Source: Asterionella formosa
Taxonomy: Eukaryota
NCBI GenBank assembly: GCA_002256025.1
Contig: NKIB01010176.1
Location: 62,001-94,451 of the forward strand
Direction of reading: 5' to 3'
DNA: 32,451 nt
The notes under the pieces were generated by a model. It did no database searches and was not told the DNA's origin. It worked only from the letters and a program-made list of their open reading frames with translations. Of this stretch, positions 21,441 through 32,384 are shown piece by piece. The stretch's first letter is position 1. Each line of letters begins with the position of its first letter. Both the position numbers and the translations under genes were made by a program.

Positions 21441-22040
21441 GAGTACGTGGTAGATTAGTCCTGGTACTTGGAACCCTGTTACTGGTACTGGAGTACCAGG
21501 TACCAGGTACCAGGTAGAGTGGTTGGATTTTATTCATACATTGACCTACTGTACCGGTATATGTCTAATGATTCCCTATATGTATGTACTCGGAGAACAA
21601 AATGCTCAAAAATTATGGGTACTGCTACAAACCATTATGTATGTTACATACTCTATTTTTATATGAGTATGTACGTCAGACTAGGTACCTGGTACCAGGG
21701 GTAGCACACATCGGAACACTGGTCGAGACTCGATACTACATAATGCATCATATAGACAAGGCTATATAATCGAAAAAGAATTCTGTCCCTATGTATGTCG
21801 CATATAAATGCTTATTATACTTACGTACTTATTTACTTGAAATACACCAGAATGGCTGTACATCAACTTATTCATATATGGTTATATAAACAAGTCTATC
21901 AAATTGCCTCTTCTTAATAATATTTTGCATTACTTGGTATAGAGGGTACTCCTCATGGTACCAGGTACACCAATGGGCCTGTGGAACCACCACTGTCCTA
22001 CCGACCGCATATTTACTACTCGTTGGTCTGTACCAGTAGT
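21441..22040. repeat. Region with several GGTACC/GTAC mosaic tracts
   Basis: tactggtactggagtaccaggtaccaggtaccaggtag (21480-21517), aggtacctggtaccagg (21683-21699), ggtaccaggtac (21957-21968), gtaccagtag (22030-22039). Confidence 0.8.
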
Positions 22041-22470
22041 CTAAAGTCACCGTGTCCTGCCTGGTATCAAATCGCCAAGAAGGGGCGACAACACTACCGT
22101 AGCAAGGTTGACATCAGACCAAATTTCGCATGCGTTGGGTGTTTTAAGTGGTTTGTCCGTATTACTTTTCCTTTTATTCGACGACGTATATAAGACATAT
22201 GAATTTCAGAAAAGTACATAAAGTTGCTTTTATACATTTTCAAATAATTCAATAACAATCCGCGACCAAGCATCAATCGGCGAGGATATCGCCCACAATG
22301 TTTTTCTTGTGGATGTGTAGGTGCTCCAAGGTTCGCCACTCGGGGCACGACAAGTCTTGTTCCTCTCGCTGACATATTGAAGCTGCACTCGCTAAGTACT
22401 ATCAAAGAAAGAGCGAGAAGTTTCCCTTCCAAAGTTATGATTATAAAGTACGCCTGTCGAGATCTTTTTG

Positions 22471-24948
22471 ATGATTGTTAGACTTTCGACGATGTTCTCT
22501 CCTTCAATCTCACCGATCAGACGAATGCGGTCTAGCACTAACCAAAACGTAGGCAGCTTGACAACCGATGATAAATCGACATTGCTGATGGGAAAGCGAA
22601 GTCCTGCTTTGAATCTCTCACAAGGGGGTGATTATCATTTTCTAAGGCAGAGTGTTGAGGAGCAACGATCACAGGTCAGGATTGCGAGATCATCGCTAGC
22701 CTTAACACTTCGTCGGCTTGGCGAGCATCATGTACGAAACAAAGAGTACGATGACGCAATGGATGCTTTTACTGAGGCTTTGCACGAGAAAAGGAGCGTC
22801 TACTCGCAGCTGATCCCATCCTTGACGGGCAATGAAAGGGAGCAAACTAGGTCATACAACGAAGGTTCCAGCTCGGTCTTTGACATAGGGACTACCACTC
22901 CTTCTGATCAAGCAATTCATGATCAAACTGTGGATGAGATTGTCGAAACGTTAAGGAATATGGGGAACGTGCACTCACTTCGTGGCGAGCAAGATGAAGC
23001 CATGAGATATTACACTGAAGTCACAAACTTGAGGGCGTCACGATCAAAGAAACGCGATGATACCTCTGTGAGTTCGAGGACTAAGTCAACCCTCTCGGGA
23101 TTCTGGGGAGACGAGGATAATTCAACGCTTATGAGTGAAATCAATGAGGATGTCAAAGCGTTGGATGATTTATTTCGGAGCATCTCGTTTCGGAATGGTG
23201 ACAATGGCAGTCCAGGCAAAGAGAGACAAAGCAATCGTCCGAAAAGCTCCCATTCCGAAAAGAGTAAGAAGCGACGTAGAGCAGATGGACTAAGAGAGAA
23301 TGGCTCCTCCTCAGAAAACGAACCGTTTAGGAGGTCCTCTTCTTCAACCTCTTCATCTGTGTCAAACAATGAATTGATCGAAGCACTGGAAATGTATCGA
23401 TCTGTTATCCACTCACAAGGCAGCATTGACAATGACCAGCACGACGAAAAGCTAAACTCATTAACCCTTCGAGCTGATCTTCTTCGTGAAAACTGTAAGC
23501 GTTCTGATAGTTCAGACCTAGGATCAAAGCTTCTAGAAGGTCATCCCTCTAGAGTGGCGGAATTGCAGCTTGCCATGGAGGTTTACCGACAGGTTCTGGA
23601 AGCCCAACACGAGAGCTATATGTCGCCTCTACAGGATTCTGATACTGACCCCCAAGTTTCGGCCACAATGGCATCAACGTTGATTCGTATGGGTAGCCTT
23701 TGCTATAAACTGAACAACGTTGAGGAGGAACTTCTTATGTATGAAGAGGCGAAGTCTGTCTACAAGAAAGCCTTTGGTGACAACCACTCCTACGTTGCTG
23801 GCACTCGCAAGAATATTGGTATGGTCCTAGCCGAACGCGGAGACTATGATGGAGCAATGAAAGAGTTCGAGAAAGCCCGACAGATTTATTTGGCTGCCAC
23901 AGATGGCAGTGAAATGGACCGTGATGTTGCTAGTGCAATCTCTTGCATGGGAAATGTCAAGAACCGAATGGGTGAACTTGATGATGCACTGGAGCTATAT
24001 TTGCAGGCTCTCCGTATTTACCAGATGGTTGCCGAGAGAGATCAGAATGAAGATTCTACTCGTGATGTAACTGGAACTATCAAGATCATTGGAATGGTCC
24101 ATGCAAAGAAGGGAGACCTCGATACTGCTATGAAATTTTTCTCTCAAGCCATGGATACTCTACGCAGCTCTGGTATTCTTGATACAAATAATGGCAAAGA
24201 GACATTGGCATCCATATTGTCTCGAATTGCAAGTACTCACTTTAAAAAGGGCGAATACGAGCAAGCCATGCTACACTATCGTGAAGCTCATGACTTGACT
24301 GTGCACTTGCGTGGACTTAATCATCCCGAAGTTGCCGGTATTCTCCATTACATTGGTGGCATTCATCATAAAATGGGCCAATACGAGGATGCCATGACTT
24401 GCTACCAGGAAGCAGTTCGAATATATCATTCCACTTTGGGACCAGGTCATCCTGCCGTCGCTGCCACCTTGGTCTGCATTGGAAGTATTCACTACAAGCG
24501 CCGCAACCTCGACAGTGCGATGATGTTCTATCGCGAGGCTTTGCGCCTCAATCGAGACGCATATGGGCTTCATCACCCTGATGTCGCTCCTACTCTGAAG
24601 AGTATTGGAACAATCTTGACAAAGAAAGGCGAATATGACGAAGCTTATGATGTCTTTCGTGATGTTCTCAGCATCAAATGCACTGTACATGGAACAGGAC
24701 ATCCGGAAGTAGCCAATGCTTACAAGTCACTTGGGAATGTTCACTACAAACGTGGTGAGCTTGCGGACGCGGAACGTCAATATCGTCATGCCTTGACCAT
24801 TTACAGGCGAACTAAAGGGGAAGGTCATGCTGACACAGTGGGTGCCCAGACTTCTATTCAACACATCAGATATTGGATGAAGGAGCGCGGCAATCAGGTG
24901 GGAAGAGAGTCACGAAACTCACAGGCAGAAAGTCATTCTGAATTCTAG
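22471..24948 (+). CDS. Tetratricopeptide-repeat protein (kinesin-light-chain/nephrocystin-3-like TPRs), about 825 aa, intronless
   Basis: Long open frame with many 42-aa-type TPRs (HPEVAGILHYIGGIHHKMGQYEDAMTCYQEA, HPDVAPTLKSIG, HPEVANAYKSLG). First ATG is 22471 (alternative 22492); the track's TTG start at 22468 is unlikely in a eukaryote. Confidence 0.93.
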   Translation: MIVRLSTMFSPSISPIRRMRSSTNQNVGSLTTDDKSTLLMGKRSPALNLSQGGDYHFLRQSVEEQRSQVRIARSSLALTLRRLGEHHVRNKEYDDAMDAFTEALHEKRSVYSQLIPSLTGNEREQTRSYNEGSSSVFDIGTTTPSDQAIHDQTVDEIVETLRNMGNVHSLRGEQDEAMRYYTEVTNLRASRSKKRDDTSVSSRTKSTLSGFWGDEDNSTLMSEINEDVKALDDLFRSISFRNGDNGSPGKERQSNRPKSSHSEKSKKRRRADGLRENGSSSENEPFRRSSSSTSSSVSNNELIEALEMYRSVIHSQGSIDNDQHDEKLNSLTLRADLLRENCKRSDSSDLGSKLLEGHPSRVAELQLAMEVYRQVLEAQHESYMSPLQDSDTDPQVSATMASTLIRMGSLCYKLNNVEEELLMYEEAKSVYKKAFGDNHSYVAGTRKNIGMVLAERGDYDGAMKEFEKARQIYLAATDGSEMDRDVASAISCMGNVKNRMGELDDALELYLQALRIYQMVAERDQNEDSTRDVTGTIKIIGMVHAKKGDLDTAMKFFSQAMDTLRSSGILDTNNGKETLASILSRIASTHFKKGEYEQAMLHYREAHDLTVHLRGLNHPEVAGILHYIGGIHHKMGQYEDAMTCYQEAVRIYHSTLGPGHPAVAATLVCIGSIHYKRRNLDSAMMFYREALRLNRDAYGLHHPDVAPTLKSIGTILTKKGEYDEAYDVFRDVLSIKCTVHGTGHPEVANAYKSLGNVHYKRGELADAERQYRHALTIYRRTKGEGHADTVGAQTSIQHIRYWMKERGNQVGRESRNSQAESHSEF

Positions 24949-25025
24949 TTGCTAGCTAGCATATCCTAACAAAAGTAATGAATCCTGGCGCATTTCACGT
25001 TGCTGATGTATAGTCGTACTGATGA

Positions 25026-26936
25026 TTAAGGTGAAAAGTCTACGGAAAACTCTCCTTCTCTGCCACTAGCAGGTGAGTCTTGCTGATAATGCGTTAGAGC
25101 TGCTGATCGCATGCCTGCTTGGAGCTGACTTGATAGATCAATTTCACTTCTATTGTTGGAGGAACTCCTCGAACGAATCTCCCGTAACAAGGCCTTGCCT
25201 TCTTCTTTTTCTGGACCAGGATACTCTAACAGACGAGACGCGCAAAGTGCTGCAGTATCAAATTCGAAGTGGTTCACGTGATAGTGTGCCAAAAACAGCA
25301 AAGCCGCTGCTTCCGCACTCTGTACCACGACGCCTTGCAAGACTTCTTGTAACGTCGTCGAAACCGACGGGTGTGCCGTAGTGGCTAAATGTCGTAATTC
25401 CAGAAAATTTAGGTAGCACTGTGCCGATTTTTCCTCTTGCCCTTGCTGCTGATACATGGCTGCAAGTTGACTTGTAGCAATGCCTTCATGATCTTGATAC
25501 GAAACCGCACGCTCGTACGATTTCATGGCTTCTCCTCGTTTCCCCAATGCCAAGTAGCAGTTTCCCACTGAAGTCCACATTCTCGCGTCGTAAGCTCGCA
25601 GCGAGGCTGCCTTGCGGTAGTAAAAGAGTGCATACAACGGCATTTGCAAAAATTCATAGGCCTGCCCTAGTCCGTACCATGCTCGATAATCCTTGGGATT
25701 GAGGTCAGCCGCCCGTCGATAGGCTTCCATGGCAGCTGGTGTGTTTTTCAATTCAACATATTCATGACCCATAAGCGTCCATGCACCCGTATAGCTTCGA
25801 TCCAGTTTTAGAGCACGTTGAAAATACTGTATGGCTTTGCTGCGCTGATTTTTCAAGGAATAGTAATTTCCAATAATGCAACATGTTTCCGGTCTGTATT
25901 TGTCTACCGTAGCAGCTCTATGTGCCAATTTGGAGAGCTCCTTGCTATTGTCTTGGACAAACAGAATATTGGAGTAGATGTCTAAGTCCTCCAATCGATA
26001 CGGATCCATCTGATGTACTTGAGTGAAAATGTGCTCGGCGAGATGGAATTCACGAAGGTGATAATGCGCCACAGCAAGTTTCGTGGCAATATATGTCGAA
26101 CTTGCAAAGAGCCGATTACCTTCCGATGGTTGAATTAAGAGTTCTAGGGCTGTCACGGCTTGTTCATGGGATTGACGGTCGGCATACACATGGGCGCAAA
26201 AGAAATGGTACATGTAGTGACTCCCTAGTTGGTCTTGAAGGGTGGCTTCGATGATGCTGAAATCAATATCGAGTGAAGCTAAGTCTAGCCATGCAGACCA
26301 GTTGCAGGGGAACGCAAGAATCGATTGCATCAGTATAAAATGAGCTGATTGCGTGTGTTTTTTAGGCAAATACTCCTTCAAGACGAGACCGTAGACATAC
26401 AAGCCCATTGCAGATAGTTTACCATCATTAAATTGGACTGCTAATTCCGTCACGATCTGCTTCAAGTGCGGATTCCGAGTTTCTGAATTGCACCCATCTT
26501 GTTGTAATTCTACCATTTCTTGATTTTTCTGCTGCTCTCCGGCCATATACAATGCATAGGATCTTAGAAAAATTCCATAGGGGGACAGATCTGACAAGGG
26601 AGGGGCCACCGTGCTAACTTGCTGATTTGGTTCGGATAGCGTAGCTGCCGCATGCGCGTATTCCCCGAGTTCTAACAAGGTCTTGGCATACAGCTCTACA
26701 CTGGTCGTTTCTGGTAAATATATCTGCTCCATCGACCCGCTCATGGGTAATCCAACGAGCTGCTCGGAAGCCCATTTGGCAGACAGTTTGAGGCAATGAT
26801 GCCCCAAAAGAATGACAGCCTGTCGAAGCTCGGCACGAATGTTCTCGACGCTCCAATCGACTTCGATTTGCTTCGTTTGAGGAGGACTGAAGAAAAGCAT
26901 ACGAGACGATGATGCTTCCATGAGAGATCGTGACAT
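25026..26936 (-). CDS. CDC23: Anaphase-promoting complex subunit 8 / cell division cycle 23 homolog, 636 aa
   Basis: ELRQA..L..SAKWASEQL, FPCNWSAWLDL, DPYRLEDLDIYSNILFV, DKYRPETCCIIGNYYSLK, AWTLMGHEYVELKNTPAAMEAYRRA, DYRAWYGLGQAYE: hallmark APC8 motifs. Confidence 0.97.
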   Translation of the reverse strand: MSRSLMEASSSRMLFFSPPQTKQIEVDWSVENIRAELRQAVILLGHHCLKLSAKWASEQLVGLPMSGSMEQIYLPETTSVELYAKTLLELGEYAHAAATLSEPNQQVSTVAPPLSDLSPYGIFLRSYALYMAGEQQKNQEMVELQQDGCNSETRNPHLKQIVTELAVQFNDGKLSAMGLYVYGLVLKEYLPKKHTQSAHFILMQSILAFPCNWSAWLDLASLDIDFSIIEATLQDQLGSHYMYHFFCAHVYADRQSHEQAVTALELLIQPSEGNRLFASSTYIATKLAVAHYHLREFHLAEHIFTQVHQMDPYRLEDLDIYSNILFVQDNSKELSKLAHRAATVDKYRPETCCIIGNYYSLKNQRSKAIQYFQRALKLDRSYTGAWTLMGHEYVELKNTPAAMEAYRRAADLNPKDYRAWYGLGQAYEFLQMPLYALFYYRKAASLRAYDARMWTSVGNCYLALGKRGEAMKSYERAVSYQDHEGIATSQLAAMYQQQGQEEKSAQCYLNFLELRHLATTAHPSVSTTLQEVLQGVVVQSAEAAALLFLAHYHVNHFEFDTAALCASRLLEYPGPEKEEGKALLREIRSRSSSNNRSEIDLSSQLQAGMRSAALTHYQQDSPASGREGEFSVDFSP

Positions 26937-27070
26937 TGGAGCGATTTGAGAGGGTCTGGTTGTCTGTGCTGCAGGGTTGCTTTGAAAACTGAAATTCTTT
27001 TCAATTTATGGCTGAACAGCAGTACATCATTTTCAGGATGGACACACGCAAGGCTTCGAGAAACGCCCCC

Positions 27071-27096
27071 AGTACCCTACCAGGTACCTGGTACGT
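27071..27096. repeat. GGTACC mosaic tract upstream of CDC23
   Basis: agtaccctaccaggtacctggtacgt. Confidence 0.75.
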
Positions 27097-27129
27097 ATTG
27101 GTAGCTCCCCGACGACAAAAAAATTCAAA

Positions 27130-30120
27130 ACGAGCAATGATGAATGATTCATGGAATCAATCAGCCCATCCATGCCACACATACAGTGAGCGAACAGCAA
27201 CAGCTGTAGCTGCCTTGCCTAGGACTCCTGTTTACAACACAACTCTTTATAGTGGGGGTCTACTTGTGGATCCAGAATGGGATCTAATGATCTCTCAAAT
27301 ATATGACAGGATTTGCCAGGAAGAAATGGAACTGTGACAGGCACAAAAGGATTCCCTCCACCTCCAGAAGAGGGACATCTAAGGTGAGACCAAAGCTTTG
27401 GCAGGGAATTGTTCCAAAGAGGCTCAAAAGAAAGTTGGGATCCTCAAGGATATACTAAATGCTGAAAAATCTAAAGAAAGAAAGGATATTTAAGCCATAC
27501 ACTAGCAGACCCATTTTGAAGGTGTTGCTTCTGGTACAGGACTCTTCAGGAAATATGTATTGTGGACTACAGAATTTGATTAAAAAAAACTCAAATCCCC
27601 AATCCTAAGCCACTGCCATACACAGTAAGAAAAGACCGCAGTATCTCTATTTGGTCATGGAACCACTATGGAAGACCTTTTGGGTTTCGATGGAGTCATA
27701 AAAGTGGCTACTCAAGCAAATCTTAGAGGGGACTCTGTTTCAAAATGCTGATGAAGAATGTCACCCGGGATTTCTCGAATTTGTCTTGGCAATGGTAGTT
27801 CCTGAGGGAATGAAAGAAAGTTTACACATTGACACTATTGTCACTGAACAGGATTTTAGAAAGGGCATTTTGGGATAGAAAGAGTCCACCTCAACTTCAC
27901 CAAGTGGTAGGCATTTAGGACATTACAAAGCCGCTCTTCAGCATACTCAGCTGACAAGGGGTTATCAAATGATGTTAAATATTCCAATATAAAAGGTATT
28001 TGCTCCCACGCAGTGGCAACATGCGGTATCAGTCCTCCTGGAAAGAGATGGGGGCCTACCAAAAATCTTGAGAGATTAAGAATTATGCACTTGTTTGAAG
28101 CTGATTATAATCTGTTCCTAAAACTCATATAGGGCAGTCGCCTTGTGTTGCAAGCGGAAGCACATGGAATACTAGCTGATGATATGCAAGGTTATAGGAA
28201 ATTACGCAGCACCATGGATTTGCTAACCAAAAAGATTTTCAGCTACAATATCGCAAGGCAAAGCAGGAGGTCAAACATGGCAATATTCGATGACAATGCA
28301 GCAAGTTGTTGTGATAGAATTTTGGTAAACTTTGGTATGGTTCTTTGCGTCAGAATGGTGGGAATGCCAGTCTCTGCTGTAATGCCTTGTCTCCGCTGTA
28401 ATGCCTCACTCAGAAACCTTACATCAGATGAAATATACCATCAAAACAGTATGGAGTGTCAAAGGACTACTTCAGCGGGACTCACTCCAAACCCTTAGCA
28501 GGTCAGGGTAGTAGCAGTACCTCACCTGCTGTCTGGCTATCCAGGATTTGTATAGCACTTTTAGCAGCATACAGTCTTGCAGTCCCAAAAATGATAAGGC
28601 TTGTGAATCCAACAGACAAAGTAGTGTCCTCAAGAAATGCAGATGTATTTGTTGATGATACCTCCATAGGATTCAGGACTACTCTATGGAGCGGCCAATC
28701 TTTGCAATCTCCATGCTGACTATTCTACAAAAATGTGCTCAACTCTGGAATTTTTTGTTTTCCTCCGGCAGGGCATTAGAGCTGTGCGAGGGCTACTATT
28801 ACATGGTGCACTGACCCTGGTACTCTCAGGGATATCCTAAGATGTCAGAATTCTGAAAACACTTAGATGACATTGGGGAAGATCTTTGCTGGTGATGGTG
28901 TCTATCAATCTCTGGGCCTAATCTTGGGCATGGAAACACACAAGGTTCCAATCCAGAACAAATTAGTAAAAGTTAGCTCAAAAATAGTTGGGGTGATGGT
29001 ACCAGTAAACAACAACTGGACTGATGAATTCAAGAGAATGAAGCTAAAAAGCGATTGCCATGCTATTCTGTCCATGGTCTCACCGACATAGGAGAAGCGA
29101 TGCAAATCTGTCCTATAGAATACCATGGCTTGGGTGACACAGCAGAGTGGGGTGTTAAATAAAATTTTAGAGGACGTTAAAACTAGTCTAGTATTAATCG
29201 CACTTGTGCCTGAGGAGACACAAGGGAAGAACAGGACTTCTAAGGAGGCCAAAACCGCACGCGTGGTCGTCATGCCTCCATCTGCTCCCACCGTTGGGCG
29301 AGGCATTGCCGAGCTTTGTGAAAATAGGTTGAGCCTCCTGTGGTATTCCAAACGTTGACCGAGGTACCCACTGTGTTAAGCCAAAGCATATTTTGAGATA
29401 AACAATGTCGCTGTTTTCTGATGTGACATGGAAAGAGGAACAATGAACCATCCTGTTGGTGAACAACTCCTAAGGAAGCATACATGAGTGTTATGAGGTT
29501 ATCTGCTTCTGTGCACAGTAGCTGGTGAGAGTCCTCTTCTGTCTCCCTGCCTGTGAAGAAAATAATTACGCAGTTTCCATTGGTCCATTTCAAACAGCCA
29601 TAATTCGAAAACCATTTGTGTGGTCCATCTTTCATATATGGGCGACATAGCAGACTTACTCATTGCCAATCACAAGTCTTCCTTCGTGACACCTGGAGGA
29701 CATTCAAAAGAAAGCCTGGAGAGCCTCTCTGGGAACATTGGGTTTCAAACAAAACTTTCCTTTCCCAGTGGTATATGGGCCAAAGGAGATTTATCCATGG
29801 TGGATATAATGATAGAACAAGTGATTAGAGGGATTTCACATTTCCTGCACCACATATAGGATTCATCTTCTTTTGCGGTATAACTTCATATTTCTCTAAG
29901 AATGTCCCAACTTGACTCTGGTCAATCACATGAAATTCTTATGCATCTGGCCATAAGCTTGCCATATCTTGCTTACAACAACATGGATTACGCAACTCAG
30001 ACAGTTCATGGCTCACCATGACCTAGCATCGAACTCTCTGATAAGTTGCACATACCTGTGCAATGTCAACATGATCGTTTTCTTATTGATGTATTTGCAG
30101 CAGGTGGGGTGAGCAACTTC
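27130..30120 (+). mobile_element. Ambal-like non-LTR retrotransposon D (RT region, older and more distant subfamily)
   Basis: DFRKG..KESTSTSPSGRHLGHYKAAL, LERLRIMHLFEADYNLFLKLI, DDNAASCCDRI, GQGSSSTSPAVW, ADVFVDDT, AQLWNFLFSSGRALEL. Many stops and frameshifts; boundaries approximate. Confidence 0.85.
29125..29364 (-). mobile_element. Short 3'-end fragment (E) of a C-like LINE inserted antisense into element D
   Basis: Reverse complement tgtgtctcctcaggcacaagtgcgattaatactagactagttttaacgtcctctaaaat matches the 3' UTR of C (19325-19385). It is preceded by the ORF end HKARQCLAQRWEQMEA* and flanked by tacc on both sides. Confidence 0.72.
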
Positions 30121-30162
30121 AAATTTTTCCAAAATCATCAATCAAATTTTATAGTACATTAA

Positions 30163-30412
30163 AGCTATCCAATAGTCACACTCGTGCCCAAATAAATGAA
30201 TAAATGGACACAATTAGTACCGGTTTTATTCGTCCATACGGTACAACGGGACCTGTCTTTTCGTCAGCCGCACCCCCCAGAACCACCCTAGGGACTACAT
30301 GAAAAAGACAGGTGGAGAATGCAGGAATCAAACTTGCCACCACAGAAGTTGGTGTGCTAACCTATCTAACCAATAAGCAAGCCATTCCAAGTCACAAAGA
30401 TGTAAGCAGAAC
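30163..30412 (+). mobile_element. Terminus of TTAA|AGCTATCC family, copy 3
   Basis: ttaa|agctatccaatag...cccaaataaatg...ccctagggactacatgaaaaagacaggtggagaat; least CpG-decayed of the three copies. Confidence 0.72.
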
Positions 30413-30458
30413 AGCACCTTATGTGTTTGTGATTCTCATCTATTTCAACATCCTCTAG

Positions 30459-30560
30459 CAGTACTGGTACCTGGTACCTGGTACCAGTACTGGGGGTATG
30501 TTGCGCATCTCAACCTATGCATGGTTTCATATCCATACGTACTAGGACTACTGGTACCAG
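30459..30560. repeat. GGTACC mosaic tract
   Basis: cagtactggtacctggtacctggtaccagtactg is a near-perfect palindrome; also tactggtaccag near 30550. Confidence 0.85.
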
Positions 30561-30621
30561 CTCAAATTATACGAATGTATTTACCAGTATATAAGAATAT
30601 ATGTTACATATAGCTACATCA

Positions 30622-30712
30622 GCAAGTTGCGGTAATTTTGCTGAAACTAAAGATTTTAGCTACCTTTATCCAAGATCAAAATGTTAGTTTAAGCAAAATG
30701 ACAGCAACTTGC
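30622..30712. mobile_element. 90-bp MITE / hairpin element, copy 2 (inverted relative to copy 1)
   Basis: gcaagttgcggtaattttgct ... agcaaaatgacagcaacttgc: about 21-bp imperfect TIRs. Confidence 0.8.
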
Positions 30713-31123
30713 CGTAATTTTGATTTGTACTACTGCCACAGGGAGATGATGAGACGGCAACTCCATCTTGACCATGACGAAATTATTGTGCTGAATATCT
30801 CCATGAAGATTGACAATGAACTATTGTTATTTCGTATAAGTATCTAGCCTAACATAGAGGAGGTAATCGTTCGATAATAAATTTTTTTGCACCAATATTG
30901 ACAACAAAAATTTGAAATTGCCGCAAGAATTTGTTTTCGTCGTCGTTTTCTCAATTTTGAGGATACAAACAAAAATGAGACATTGTTGATTCAGCGATGA
31001 CTACTACCGTAGCTTAATAACTTTATCTAGATAATATTTTTTATCTACTGTACAATAGAAAAAATTTGAGCAATAGAAATCTTGGAGATGGTGCAATATC
31101 TCAAAATGCAAGAAAATACTTAA

Positions 31124-32277
31124 GGTTGTGGCCCTGCAGTTACACATTGCGAGGTCTGTTTTCTTCCAAAATAATTTTATTAAGTACTTTAATCTACACA
31201 GTACGTACAACTAAATAAAATAGTTAAAGGTAAAATTAGCTTTCACCAATACGACCACTTTGCATATGCTTAGATACAGTCATTCCTCGACTTGGGGGTA
31301 TGATGTATATGCAGATATGTTAAGAACCTCATTTCTGGAGAGAAGTGGCAGGTAGGAATCGTAACTATCCAAAAAATAGTCAAAAAAGGGGGCCATCAAG
31401 CTTTTAAAAGAATCTACGAGGGATAACTGCCACTTCTCTGCAGAAGTTAACTCCTGACGTTATACGGTACACGGCTATCTATTTCATTCTTCATGAAACC
31501 CCGTAGAAGTAGAGCAGGCTTTTTCAACAGTCGCCAAAATATTGGAATCAGAATTTGTACGTGCAAAAACGTTCTCGTATACTTGGAGTCTTGTGTAGGT
31601 AGCTATGTTTCGCTGAATAATTCTCAGTCCGAAAAGACTCCAGGGTAAGTTCCCGCGTCTCTACACATATTCTGATTGGTTGAATTAAATTTATTCACCT
31701 CCTTCAGATTCGCTGAAGTATCCCGGTCTTGTAAAATCTCGCCAGCCACACTTGAACCACACGTATTAGATGTACTGAATCCTGGTTGGTAAAATCAGTT
31801 CCGGTACTACCAGTAGTACATCCTGTCCTCCATCATGATGAACCAATATTGTGTACAACCTGGTGCTCCGAGTATCGAAACACCATTACTCTCGGACTCC
31901 GGTACTGGTACTGATTCACACACCGGTATATACTTTTGTGCGTGGAGTGAAATTGAAACTACATACAGCAACGTAGATTCAATATCAACGTATAAACGCG
32001 AGCCATGAGCATTCATGTTGGCATACTCCTAATTTATATATGTGTTTTGGCGTTGAGTAAAATTATGTCTACATACAGCAACGAAGAAATAGCATAAATG
32101 TTTGATTATCATTTTTTAATGGAATTCTATCAATCTGGCGCCGATTCCTATTTAATTCAAATATTCAAATGGACACTCGAATCGTGGGAATTCATAGTAG
32201 GAAACTCCCTGTACCGCGGCGTTTTTACAACCCTAGCGATATTTTCTACGAACTAGGGTTAAGCCGGGGCCGCAACC
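31124..32277 (-). mobile_element. Non-autonomous Kolobok-type element (1154 bp), same family as 3493-6047
   Basis: TTAA at 31120-31123 and 32278-32281. TIRs ggttgtggccctgc / gccggggccgcaacc. 31124-31469 aligns with 3493-3869, and about 32110-32277 aligns with about 5875-6047. Confidence 0.9.
31479..32016 (-). pseudogene. Decayed ORF of unknown function inside the short Kolobok element
   Basis: Frame 31799 to 31479 (107 codons) is interrupted only by five TGA codons. It adjoins ORF 31807..32016 across a GTAC mosaic. Confidence 0.45.
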
Positions 32278-32384
32278 TTAAAGCAAAATTTTGTACTGAC
32301 TTGATAAAATATATGGAATCCAACGAATCGAGAATCAATATTCTTAGTAGTGATTAGAAACCAAGACCCAAAACATTTCGACAT

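Noticed and set aside
23010..27004. Antisense or alternative-frame ORFs (23010-23432, 24271-24702, 24399-24581, 25073-25381, 26614-26856, 26741-27004)
   Set aside because: Shadow ORFs of the TPR and CDC23 genes with no recognisable motifs.
27008..27337. 109-aa ORF as a host gene divergent from CDC23
   Set aside because: It runs through a GGTACC mosaic into LINE D-derived sequence, so it is likely a chance chimeric frame.
31479..31799. TGA recoding (Trp or selenocysteine) or organellar origin of the TGA-only ORF
   Set aside because: CGA to TGA decay is seen throughout local repeats and is more parsimonious; TGG is also used in the frame.
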